From Chlorokybus atmophyticus (lineage: Eukaryota > Plantae > Mesostigma and Chlorokybus algae), in contig RHPI01000810.1 in the NCBI GenBank assembly GCA_009103225.1, positions 1,189,043-1,227,178 of the forward strand: a stretch of 38,136 nucleotides of DNA. Reading direction: 5' to 3'. Numbering within the stretch: the first letter of the stretch is position 1; each line of letters begins with the position of its first letter. The notes under the pieces were generated by a model. The model did no database searches. It saw nothing but the letters and a program-made list of their open reading frames with translations, and was not told the DNA's origin. A program made the position numbers and the translations under genes. This document shows, in pieces, positions 12,281 to 25,327 of the stretch.

Positions 12281-13302
12281 GTCCAATCTGAGAACGTCAC
12301 CAAGATCAAGCATGTCCTTGAGAAGGAGTACAAGTGGACACTGTTTAACAGCAACAAGCGCAAGTGAGTTGGGTCCCTCACCACCATGTCTGCTATGCAA
12401 CACTGCCTTCTTACTCAGCCTCCATACACACGTACTCATCTCGCCTATTGTAACCGATTCAATCAGGCACATCGACGCCATAATGGACCCCGAGACCCAA
12501 AAAGCCCAGATGCGCAACGCGCTCCAAAGTAAGTCACAGGCACTATTCTAGCCTGGTGCAGGCTCAACTTGAACTATCTATTTCGTGCCTTATGCCTTGT
12601 CGGTATGACTGTCGCAGACAAGTCATGGCGGAGATTTCAGGTGACCGACACTGCAGACCCGGAGCGGAGGAGATACATCCATGAATGGGGCAATCCCATA
12701 ATCTGGCAAATGATCGTGCAATGCTGGTCTTACGCCGTCACTACACCTGGTCGCCGGCAGCTGACAGTCAACCACCTCGCATACCTGTTGCTTACGGTGA
12801 GCACTCTGAACTCCATCATTAGCAATTCAGGAATGCTGTAGCCCCAAACTACAGGCTTGCAGACGCGTTGCAGTGAATAGTGGCTTTCGATGCCACTAAG
12901 ACATGCCTGTAAACTACGCAGGTGGAGCGCATCCTAAAGGGCAAGGATGGAGACCCTCTCCTAGCTGCCAGCATAGACACACATGAAGAGTACCTCAGCG
13001 AAATCAACACCATGATCATGTCAATGAAGCGGGAGATGAGGCAACGGTACGCAGCCCTCCAGCCATTCACCCTTGTGAAACGCCGCACTGCATCTTGTGT
13101 CGAATACCTGAAAGATCCCAATCGGCGCCGGCCGCAAGAGACAGCAGCTCGTGACCCGCTCGCTGAGGCAGAAGCGGCATTTGATTGGCTGGCACAACCG
13201 TTTGAGGAGGAAGAGCAAGCTCCGGCGCCTCCTCCACAGGCCCCAGCGCGTGGTGCTTTGTTCCGTAATGCCGAGACCAGCAATGATGGAGAGGAGCTGT
13301 AG
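12281..13302 (+). CDS. Spliced orphan gene B (exons 12281-12363, 12467-12528, 12618-12796, 12922-13302; first exon/start uncertain, ATG at 12483 possible)
   Basis: Canonical introns join in frame: VQSENVTKIKHVLEKEYKWTLFNSNKRK-HIDAIMDPETQKAQMRNALQN-KSWRRFQ...YLLLT-VERILKG...GEEL*. No family recognised. Confidence 0.65.
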
Positions 13303-13694
13303 CGCAGTTGGTAGTCCGTTTAGCTGGTAGTGTACATAGCTACAAGGCTCTTGTGACTGAGTGTTGTGCATCTTAAACCAGCTCAGTCAATCGTCATTAT
13401 GCTCATGCACATCAATACTTGCATCCCTATGATATACAACAGAACTGCATTCGAGTCACATAATCGAACTACAAGCCTTGGCAAGTGACTGAGAGACACT
13501 GTACACATTTCAGGTACATGTACACAGCACAGGCACATAACAATGCTGGAAGTCAGTGACAGTCGCGTGTAGTCAAGCTATGCAAATACATATGACGACA
13601 GTTAGGCATTGGTCACCTTCAGTTGTTAAAGAATGCCTTATTTTGTCGATAATTACCTAGTTGGTGCTTGTGAATTAGGCTTAGTCGCCTGCGC

Positions 13695-13972
13695 TGGACT
13701 GGTGTGTAACCTGCAGGTGCCTGTCACATAGGCTGAGTCACCTAAGTAAAACTGATGTGTAACTTAAAGGTGCCCGTTGATTAGTTGTAGTCACCTAATA
13801 AGGCCTGATGTGTAACTAACAGTTCCTGTAAATTACACAAAGTCATTTGTTAAGGCCTGATGTGTGACTAACAGGTGCCTGTTAATTATATAGTCACCTG
13901 TTAAGGCCTGATAGGTAACTAACAGGCGCCTGTTAGTTAGGCATAGTCAACTGTTAAAGACTAAATTGTAAC
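13695..13972. repeat. Tandem array of about 5 degenerate 51-53 bp units, each with a TAACAGG-nn-CCTGTTA palindrome
   Basis: The anchor TGTGTAAC recurs at 13703, 13756, 13809, 13861, 13912 and 13965. A perfect 22-bp palindrome lies at 13917-13938. Confidence 0.85.
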
Positions 13973-14064
13973 AAAAAGGGCCTCATAGTAACGGAAGTTA
14001 CTGTTAGGTCCCTGTATCAAGATTACAGGTGGCCTGAGCCACGACAGTCTAAATTAATGTCCTC

Positions 14065-14895
14065 AGGTGCACGGCCGTTGCCAATATTTAGTCGGCCGGC
14101 AGGGAAAACATATTGCGACGAAAGTCTTTGTTGCATGTGCATGCCGTTTAATGCAATGTGTAGCATGCAATGCCTTGTTCGGGTTGTGTGGAAGTCTTCA
14201 TGCCTATGTATGGGTTAAGTCCAGCTGTATGCGGACATGGAGAGACACAACAAGGCTTGGAGAAAGGGTTGGTTGAAGCTCTTTTAAGAAGTAGCTCCTA
14301 GCTAGCTCCTAGAAGAAGTAACGCTGCTATTTAGAGGGGGTGGAAGGTGTATATACCAACCACAACCCACTTGTTTTATTTTGGACCCCCCCAAGTTGGG
14401 CCGTTTGCCATTGTTGTTGGCAATGACAACACGTGCATGTGCACGAAGCCAGAGGTGCACAGTCAAGTGACACTGTGTCAATGCTTGCGATTTGCTAATT
14501 GTGCTCGAAAAAGCTGTCAGCAAGACACCAGTGGCAATTACAGGACTAGCAAGATGCCAACTGCGCTCACATGACAATGAAGCTGCTGTGAGTCTACAAG
14601 CCAAGTGGGGAGGACCTAAAGGCTGTTGATGTGGAACATTTGCCTCGAGCTTATGCACGTGACATGTGATCCGTGAAGTTGCTAAGCAGGCTGAAGGTGT
14701 GCGCCAATGTTGGCAAAGCAGCAGTGGGGTTCCTTTAATAAAAGAGGGGAGCCAATGGCTGTTTGAGTTGAGTGATCTCATGTATGAGGTCGTTGCCATG
14801 TTGGCAACACGGTTTAGGAAGCTTGGAAACCTTCCGATCCGAATAAGTGGCTTGGTTTTGGCGAAAAGACATAACGCCTGGGAGCCGATCAGCTT
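14065..14895 (+). pseudogene. Degenerate Gypsy integrase, GPY/F and chromodomain remnant
   Basis: RPLPIFSRP (integrase core start, about 14072) and LQAKWGGP (GPY/F, about 14594). YEVVAMLATR...KWLGFGE..HNAWEP (chromodomain, 14783-14887) is read across frameshifts. Confidence 0.75.
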
Positions 14896-15199
14896 GACAA
14901 TCTGCTGCCAAGTTTGAGGAGTTTGGGAATGAGCTCGAATCCACAGGTGCCACTTCATGAGCGTGTGCTCGGAGCTTGTGCTCAGTTGTAAGAGCATGTG
15001 CAGGTGCTTGCAACCTCTTCATATGACATACCAACAACGCATGCACTGGTACTTAGTATCAGAGTTGGTTTTGTCACTGCTGTGACTTGCACTACTTTCA
15101 CGCGTGGAGTGCAGCTATCGGCGGGTTTGCCAACTTTGCCAGAAGCCGTGCGGGACATGTGTTCCATCCTTTTAGCAACGAGGTCGTTGCAATGCAAAT

Positions 15200-15208
15200 G
15201 GGGAGGAG
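15200..15208 (+). promoter_or_regulatory. Polypurine tract GGGGAGGAG
   Basis: Directly abuts the TG of the 3' LTR. Confidence 0.8.
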
Positions 15209-16130
15209 TGTCACACCTATAAGGCTGGCTAAAGTTATTCTCTGTTCCTTACTTATGTAGGTAAGATGAGACCGGGTGCGTTTTCCATGTCATAAGCATG
15301 TGTAGTGCTTGTGGGGTGGCTCTCATGTGGTCTGCTCTTGAGCCTATGAGGCCTTCAGTGAGATAAACTTTACAAGGTATTGCATATCAGCAAGCACAGA
15401 GCTGGTTGGTACCATTTAGACATGGCCATGTGAGCCATGTGTCCGCATGTGTGTGCATATGTTTGCATGTGAGTGCATATGTGAGGACATGAGGTACGTA
15501 CTAGATGTATGCATGTGTATGCATACATGCGCATATGTGTGCATATGCGCGCATTTGTATGCATAGGGATGCATATGTATGCATGTGTGTGATGTCCTAG
15601 GCTGATATGACCAGCCAAGGACGTTCACAATGTCCAAGGCTGATGTGTGATCAGTCTTGGACATCAAACAAGAGGTTCAAGGGCTGATGTGGCAGCCCTA
15701 CATGAGTTGTGGTCAACGCAGCCATGACAAGGCAAGTAGCCTTGCATTTGAATGTTTAGGGCCGGAGAGCAACAAATAAGGGGTATATGAACGGCCTCAA
15801 AAAGTTTTGAAAGAGCTTAGCATGTGCATACTCGACTCTTGTGTGTGGGGTGCCTAGTTTAGTTGTTTAAGGGGCTCTCCCTCTCATCCCATGTGGGGTG
15901 TGCTGCTTGTGGCAACTCTGCACATGTGTGTGGGGTGTGCAGGAGTGTGCATGTGTGTGGGAGCTGAGTAGAGAGGTTGGTGGCATCCTCTCCTTCCTTG
16001 GTGCGGTGCTGTGACTTCCCCTTCAAGGTACTGCATCGTGTGTTGCTGGTCGAGCCTTCGGAAGTAGGTCCTTGTGCTTGTGTATGAATTTGCCAAGCCG
16101 TCAAGCAAGTAAGTGAGTGGTATCGTTACA
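15209..16130 (+). repeat. 3' LTR (922 bp)
   Basis: TGTCAC...GTTACA followed by the TSD AGCAC. Confidence 0.92.
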
Positions 16131-16904
16131 AGCACATAGCAACATGCATGGTGTCAAGCGAAGAGCACATGTTTGCAGATAGCCGCCACCACTCATACAG
16201 TCACTTCACCACCAGGCTTTCGTTATCGACGATTCACGATCTCTACCTACCTGCCGCATTAATCACGCATGCATTGCGCAGTCGGCCCAATTACCTGCCG
16301 CGGTTATGGCAACCAGCCTCTTCAGTAATAATAACAGCAGGAGCAGGAGCCTCCTCTACGGCTCCGCCGTTGCCCACTCCCGGCCTGCTCGTTATAACGC
16401 ACTGCCTGCGCCGCCGCTAGGCCAATTGGGGATTTCTCACAATGCAAATGTACAAGAGCAGGGAGGGGATTAACTGCGTGCCACGCATGCCCACACATCG
16501 CCGCGGTGCAGGTGATTGCTGGACACCATGCATGCTGGTCGGACTAATGGGGCAAGGGCTAAGCGTGTTAGGTAGAGTAGGCAGCCCATTGGTGAACTGC
16601 TGGTGTAGAGTGTAAGCATGGCATTTGCCCATGTTGTGTATTGTATAACATAGTATGCAAGGATTGTGGCATGCATGAGAATGTAGCAAACATGCATGCA
16701 GTCCGCACACTATACCATCGCACTCTTATATTCACCACCGGAATGTCCAAGTTCACTACTTATCTACCTTCACTACTGCCCATACCCCGTGCAACACACA
16801 TGCATGCACGTGTAATTACCTGTACAACACGACCAGGGCAGCGTTAACAACGGTAGTCAGCAGATGTAGTGGTGCAGCAGTGGCAATGCAGTCAGCAGGC
16901 AGCC

Positions 16905-17025
16905 CATGAGTTCCCTTCCCCTCCCTCTCCCTTCCTCCTTCCCCTCTGTCTCCCTCTCTCTCTTCCTCCCCCTCCTGCTCCTCTCCACCGCCTCTCTCTC
17001 CCTCCGCTCCTCCTTCTCTTCTCTT
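16905..17025. repeat. CT-rich low-complexity tract
   Basis: Near-pure pyrimidine stretch. Confidence 0.85.
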
Positions 17026-17285
17026 CGGCCGCAGTCGCTGCGACTCGCAACCCTTGGCGCTGCTGATGTGGCAGGGCCCCTCTGCGTCGCCCCTCTGCCC
17101 TATCTCCCTCTGGCACACGCATGCAGGGCGACTGCTAGCACTGTCAGCCCTGCGTTGCGCAGTGTCGCTGTTGACGGTTAGGTGTCGGTGGTGGGTTTGG
17201 GTGGTGGAGTTGGTGTCCTCCTTCGTTCGCACGGGCACGCTGTGTTACCAACAGCCTGCTCCCCATGCAGTGCATCTGTCGCTCA

Positions 17286-17580
17286 TCACCGGTAGTGCTG
17301 CAAGTACTTGATCACCATCATGTAGAGCAGCATTGGTGCTGTGCAGTAGACGTATGCATCTGTCTTTGACATTCTTTGTCGCAGCGTCGCCAATAGCTTT
17401 TTCAGCAAATGGCCGTCGGCGTGCATGGCGTGCAGTAAGTCCGCCATGACTGCGATGAAGTGCGTCCTGTACGTACACAGGCCTACAAACCGTGTGTACT
17501 GCGACTCGACCACACCAAGCTTCACGCTGTTTAGTATGTTGGAGGCTGGCAGCGGTGCTTTGCGACGTGGATTACCGCGG
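17286..17580 (-). pseudogene. Probable C-terminal (thumb) fragment of a Penelope-like reverse transcriptase
   Basis: PASNILNSVKLGVVESQYTRFVGLCTYRTHF...L...G.L resembles the PLE RT C-terminal pattern (SNI....GV..SQ..R....C....F......L...G). No RT core was seen upstream. Confidence 0.45.
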
Positions 17581-17915
17581 AGGCTGGCAGCTCCTTTTTG
17601 CCATTGCTGTGCGCGACACTGTGAGGATGTGTTGATGTGCTATTGCTTTTTCACACTTTGCATGTGACTAATCCAGCATACGAGCGAATTTGTAATCACT
17701 ACACAGCACCGCCAGTAGCTACATTCCACCAGTCAACGCCACACACTGTGACGTTGGCATGAGACAATATCGCCTGTTCCGCCATGGTATCACTATCGTG
17801 TGCCACAAGTTTGCATCAGTGGTAATGAAATGCGTATACATCAACCCACGCTGCGCTTAACCCCACGCAATTCCCATACATTTAAGGAGCTTGCAAGGAG
17901 CTTGTATGCAAGCTA

Positions 17916-19353
17916 TCACATGTCACATGTTATGTCACCAGTCAAGTCGTCACTAACATGCCACAAGTCTGCAGTACGAAGCATAGCCACCTTCGCGTCA
18001 TGACCTATCGTCCAAGTAACATGAACTGCAACAGTGGTTTTATGGACTTTGCGCAAGACCCTTGTCCACTCCACCTTGCCATCATAAAAGAAGTCACGGC
18101 CGGAAGGAAAGCACACGGGATCCAGATATTGCGCCGAAAGCACGTTGTTTGGTTGCAAGCCTTGCGTGGTGATGTACTCACTCACATTTGCAGCGTTTGT
18201 GGGAATCTGCACTGCAAGCTTGGATCCCAACCACTGATTGAGAACCCTATTCAGAACGGACTGATCATTACCAGCTGCAAACACAAAAGCTTCAGTTCAC
18301 TAGAATATAAGAACGTCCATAAAAAGAGTCATCTTTGTCTGCAATCGTGTTCGCAGTAGCTGACATGGGCGTGCTTACTTGAACAGCAGTTCAGTTGTAC
18401 ATCGGCAAGAAAGGCTACAGTCTGCGGCAAAGCCTTGATAAAATAAAAGCCAGTGTTGGCAATGAAACTCCCATACGCTGCGCGATGGTCAGCAACTCCA
18501 GTGCTCCAATTCCCAACAAAGTCGGTAGAGAACTGGAGGGCGATGTCTTGTCTAATATACGGAAACGGATCCTGCATGCATTAATGCGTTACAACGGCAT
18601 CAACTTTACTCAGTGACTTAGGGAAGCTACACCGAGAAAAACCAACTACTTTCAGACCTCCAGCCAGCAGATGTCCGCATCTGTAAACAAGACATCGTAG
18701 CCCAATTCAAGCAAGCTTTGCACCGCCTGCGAGGAAGCAAATGCGGCTGTTTCTTCTGACCCAAACAACATTCAGCCATGCTCTCATAAATTGTTGCAAT
18801 GCACAGCGCAAGCAGCTGCCATATTCACCTTAAGCTTCATGAAACTAATCTGGACAAAGTCGGGTGTGTCAAGATTGCTAAATGAGGATGTTGAGTTGAT
18901 GCCCAGGCGTGTACCATCAACGCTGATCAAGGTAGTGTTTTGCTGCAGATGCCTGTGCAGCTGTCTGTCTTGAGTCAGAACCATGAACTTGATGCCCTCA
19001 TGCAAACGCCTCACGCAGCAGACCCAGTTGAAGAGTAAGTCAAGGTACGCCATGTTGGCGGAGAGCAAAACAACCGTGCGAGCGAGGTGGGGTACATGAC
19101 GGTCCACATACACTCCGGCCACTTGCTGTGCAGCATCGTTAAACTCCAAGAACCCCGCATAACGCGGGTCAGTACTATTCACATGTATGAGTGGTACATG
19201 GGCAGCGCCTTTGCTGAAGCTCAACAGCCTTGCGACCGAGAATAAATGGGAGTTAGCAGCTGCCTCTATGATCAAGCATGCTGTGGTAAACGCAACTACA
19301 GCGGCACAAATGTGCAAAATGCTGCGGCGCGTACGCGGAGAGGTAGGCTCCAT
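17916..19353 (-). CDS. Nucleotide-diphospho-sugar transferase (GT77-like), copy 2; exons 19353-18829, 18726-18658, 18571-18379, 18274-17916; about 381 aa, appears intact
   Basis: Same intron positions and phases as copy 1; 1146 nt in frame. DAD, ANTGFYF and GNDQSVLN motifs are intact. Confidence 0.9.
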
Positions 19354-20530
19354 GGCAAGTGTCCGTCACTGCTATGTAGGTATGACACTTAAAATGTTGA
19401 ACGCCTGACAACCAGCCACCTGTGGGCAGCAACCAACTTGTCACGGTCCAATCCTCTGTTGCATGCAGGCACTTTCGTGGCACGGGCGTAAACAGCCAGC
19501 AGCAAGTTGCAGTTTTTTAGCGAAAAGCAGAGGAACCCAACGACATGGACACAGTGACAGCCTGCACAACAGTGTGAATTTCTCGACGTTATATGCATGT
19601 ACGCCGGTGCTTTGCATGTCGTGCTATAACACTTGCTGACAAGTTGAGTTGACAATTGCACAGCAGTGGTGGCCCTGCGTTATGGTGTTGCTCACGTAGG
19701 TTGCGCACATGACGGGTCTCAGGTTGTTCCAGTACCTAAACAGACATGCAGAACACCACAGAAACGGGTCATATCACACACACAGACACGCAATCAAGAC
19801 TACACGGCTGCTGCATGCAGGGCTTGCTGTAGCAACCGTGGTAAGGAGGTGACATGCCAACCAACGGGAAAGGCCAGACTATGCACCTGCCATGAACCAC
19901 TACGTACCTGACCGCATGCACATACCTTTCACTCAGCACGGGCGTAGCCGATGATCACCTCATGCGTGCTGCTTGACTGCGACCGCGGCGCTTCGCGCGT
20001 CTGTGCGGCTTGCATGCCGCTAACGCTGACAGCATGCACACAGCTGGGCTCAAGCTTCAGCGCACGCGCGAGCGCAAGCGCCAGCTCCAGGTTACTCTCA
20101 AGCTGACGCAACCCATGCGCATGTGAAAGCTTTCGGGTCAGTTTCGTCTTCACGCGAAGCTTGGTTGCTTGAAGCTTCTAGCTCCTAGCATTTACTTTGG
20201 GCTGAAAACTTAGTCAGGCTGGATGGGACAGCTCGTCGACAACGCCGCCAAACATGCCGACAAGGCCAAGGGCATGCGAGACGACAACGCTAGGCGACAA
20301 TGCCAGCTACGCAGCAGGCAAGCATGGTCAATCCAGCGCTCAGCGCCGTGTTGTCCAGACCGTCACGCGTGGCAACGACGCTTCGGACGTAGCACCGTGA
20401 CGCTGCGGCATCTCTACTGAGTATGTTATGACCATGCATCGGACTGCCCACTATAATGACGGACGCTGCTGAGGACGCCGCCATGACCATCTGCTTAGGT
20501 CATCACGCCGTCATGCGCGCGCGTGACCAA
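19354..20530 (-). repeat. Upstream segment co-duplicated with the GT77 gene (copy 2)
   Basis: Colinear with 1446-2460 and with inverted 35510-36673. Confidence 0.8.
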
Positions 20531-20697
20531 GCAACATGTTACGCTTATACCACACAGATATTACCATGGCTATACCGGTAGCTGTGGAATTCTCCGTCCT
20601 GTAGATGTAAGGCCGCGCGAGCGGTGCCGAAATAAGGCTGGGTACGTGACAACATAAGCTGGCCAGGGGCAAATATATAGCTTAATCTTCTCTTAAT

Positions 20698-20792
20698 CTT
20701 CTACAGTTTACTTTGCCCCAGGTCGCCTGGGCCAGGCGTTTTGCCGCAAAACGCCTGGCCCAGACGGCCTGGGGCAAAGTAAACTGTAGAAG
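20698..20792. other. 95-nt near-perfect hairpin (47-bp arms, 1-nt loop, 2 transition mismatches)
   Basis: 20698-20744 is the reverse complement of 20746-20792 except for two A/G differences. The left arm contains an internal 7-bp IR (CGCCTGG-G-CCAGGCG). Confidence 0.9.
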
Positions 20793-21688
20793 GACTGAGC
20801 GACTTATTTCTCCACTTATTACGCGACCAATATTTTCCGGGGCGGTGTGGTAAGGGTTAGGGTAAATATCATGGGGAGAGCACGCCGAAGGCGCGGAATT
20901 ACTGGGTAAAGGACACCGATCGCCCAGCACCATGTCCTGAGGAATAGGGTGAAAGCAGGCAACTTCGAACAAGATTGTAACTTCGGACACGCCCACTTGC
21001 GGGCCTGTAGCAACCCTTATGCCGGTCAAACCCGGCCAAGCTTGGTCACAGCGGGTTAACTGTGATGAAGGGCAACACACTGATATAATTTTTACTACCA
21101 TTCGATCCTATGAGGACGTTTTTACCATTAATTACTATTGATTTCCAGCATGTCATGTTCTGGAAGTAAGCACTTGGGCAGTGTTTTGGTCACTTGTTGC
21201 GGTATATGTGGCCATTCTGTATGATGTTTCAAGCTATTGATACAGTCTACCCTCGCTATTAGAGACCTCTGAATAAGAGATCTCGCGTTCTAAGAGACAA
21301 AATTTTGGGAACCGATCTATGTCAGCCAAAACGTCTCCTTTCTAAGAGCAAGAGACCCCGCAGTAAGAGAGTTATAAATGCCGACTTTTCTCTTACAGCG
21401 AGGGTAGGCTAGTTGCAATCCATTGCTTGCACTGATAGCAGCGGCAGCAGTTTCCCGCCTCAGCAGCAGCCAACTGCGCCATCTGGTGACGCTGCTGTTG
21501 TTGGCAACGGCGTTGGCGGCGGTGGCAAGGGTGGCGGCGGTGGCAAGGTTGGTTATATGTGCAAGTAGCCATGTGTGTGTTAACTTACATTGTGCTCACA
21601 ACAACAAACCATCAGCACACTGTGAGAGATGCACATGCTGCAGAGTTATATTGTGCCTGTGCATTGAAACACTGGCATGCATGTGCAG

Positions 21689-24183
<2,495 letters not shown>

Positions 24184-24362
24184 CTTGCCTTCATTTAGTA
24201 AAAGATAGTGCTTAGCATGCACATGCGCTGCTTGTTGCTATGCGCATAGCAACACCGCATCCACGCATGTTGTGCATGCAACTAATTGCAGTGCATGCAG
24301 GCTCGTGCACAACTTGATGCTTCCACAGTACGCTCGGCAGTGCCATTGCCGGAGTCCCTCGC

Positions 24363-24455
24363 TGTAAGAGTACTATCTCTTACTGCGAGCACCCTCTTTG
24401 TAAGAGCTTTGTCTCTTACTGCAAATACCCTCTGTGTAAGAGCCTTGTCTCTTAC
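24363..24455. repeat. Three 36-bp subterminal units with GTAAGAG-n-CTCTTAC palindromes
   Basis: Units start at 24363, 24399 and 24435. Confidence 0.85.
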
Positions 24456-25327
24456 TTCGAGGTAAGAGACCCTCCGAGTAAGAGACACGTTATCAAGGAT
24501 ATTCATGTCTCTAAGAACGAGGTTATATTGTAGCTGACTACCATGTCAAACTAGCGGTGCGGCTGATTGGGCGACAGATCGAACGGCCGATACCTATTGA
24601 CGCCTAACCAATGAGAGGCAGGCAGGCCGCGCAGCTCGGCAGTCGCGGGTGCCGTATGTAACTGGGCCGTCGTGCGTGGTGCGCGGTGATGTGTCTGGGT
24701 ACACTATGCTGGTCGGCCCAGTCACAACCAATCTCGCCGAATGATAGGCGACGCGCGGCTTTGCAGCATATGGCGTCACTTAATCACATATCGTATGATG
24801 TGCTAGCATACGGCATCATATGTCGCGATATGCTCTACAGCATATGTTGGATATCACACATATGGTATCCTGCGTGGAATGCGCTTCAGTTCAGGTCAAT
24901 CAAACATGATTTTCGGTTCCGTCATATTAACTGAGGTTATCCGTCACATTTTAACTGAACTCTGCCAATTAAACACTTACGACATGCCATGCGACATCGC
25001 ACCATATCGTTCCATATCATAACATGTGTTGTCACAGCGGACATATGCCGGCATATGATGTCATATGACGTAATATGGCGCGGCGTCGCTGGACATCGTG
25101 AGTTCCCTGTGCAACATGTTAACAGAGATTCAGTCAAACTGTGGTTCGTGCGTAATGTGTCCTGCGTATGATGGGATATCATACGCGCCCGGGCGATATG
25201 ATCGATGACTACCACGGCCCGGAAACCAAGTTGCATGCAAGCTCTTGGACAGCAGTGACGCCAAGATTGTCGAGCTTAGCGGCCGCGTTGTTCGTTTGTG
25301 CATTGCGTCGTCTTCTTTCTCAGGTCC

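Larger units (their letters stand above)
5805..14065. mobile_element. Plavaka-like DNA element or cargo block (transposase + C5-MTase + 2 orphan genes) inside the Gypsy element; ends approximate
   Basis: Gypsy-like coding sequence stops near 5800 and resumes near 14065. Between them lie four genes and repeat-rich, non-coding ends (5810-6130 and 13560-14040). Exact termini were not resolved. Confidence 0.65.
3715..16130 (+). mobile_element. Decayed Ty3/Gypsy (chromovirus-like) LTR retrotransposon with a nested or cargo insert
   Basis: Direct repeats of about 0.9-1 kb begin TGTCAC (3715, 15209) and end GTTACA (4703, 16130). The 5-bp TSD AGCAC is at 3710-3714 and 16131-16135, and a PPT abuts the 3' LTR. 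Degenerate integrase, GPY/F and chromodomain motifs lie at 14070-14890. Confidence 0.92.

Noticed and set aside
13695-13972. CRISPR-like array
   Set aside because: The units are degenerate tandem copies without unique spacers, there are no cas genes, and the context is eukaryotic.
5804-14074. CACGG at 5804-5808 and 14070-14074 as the TSD of the Plavaka block
   Set aside because: A 5-mer match can occur by chance, no convincing TIRs lie inside it, and integrase-like codons seem to extend upstream of 14070.
20849-20866. Telomere-like TAAGGGTTAGGG
   Set aside because: Only 1-2 units, which is not evidence of an interstitial telomere.
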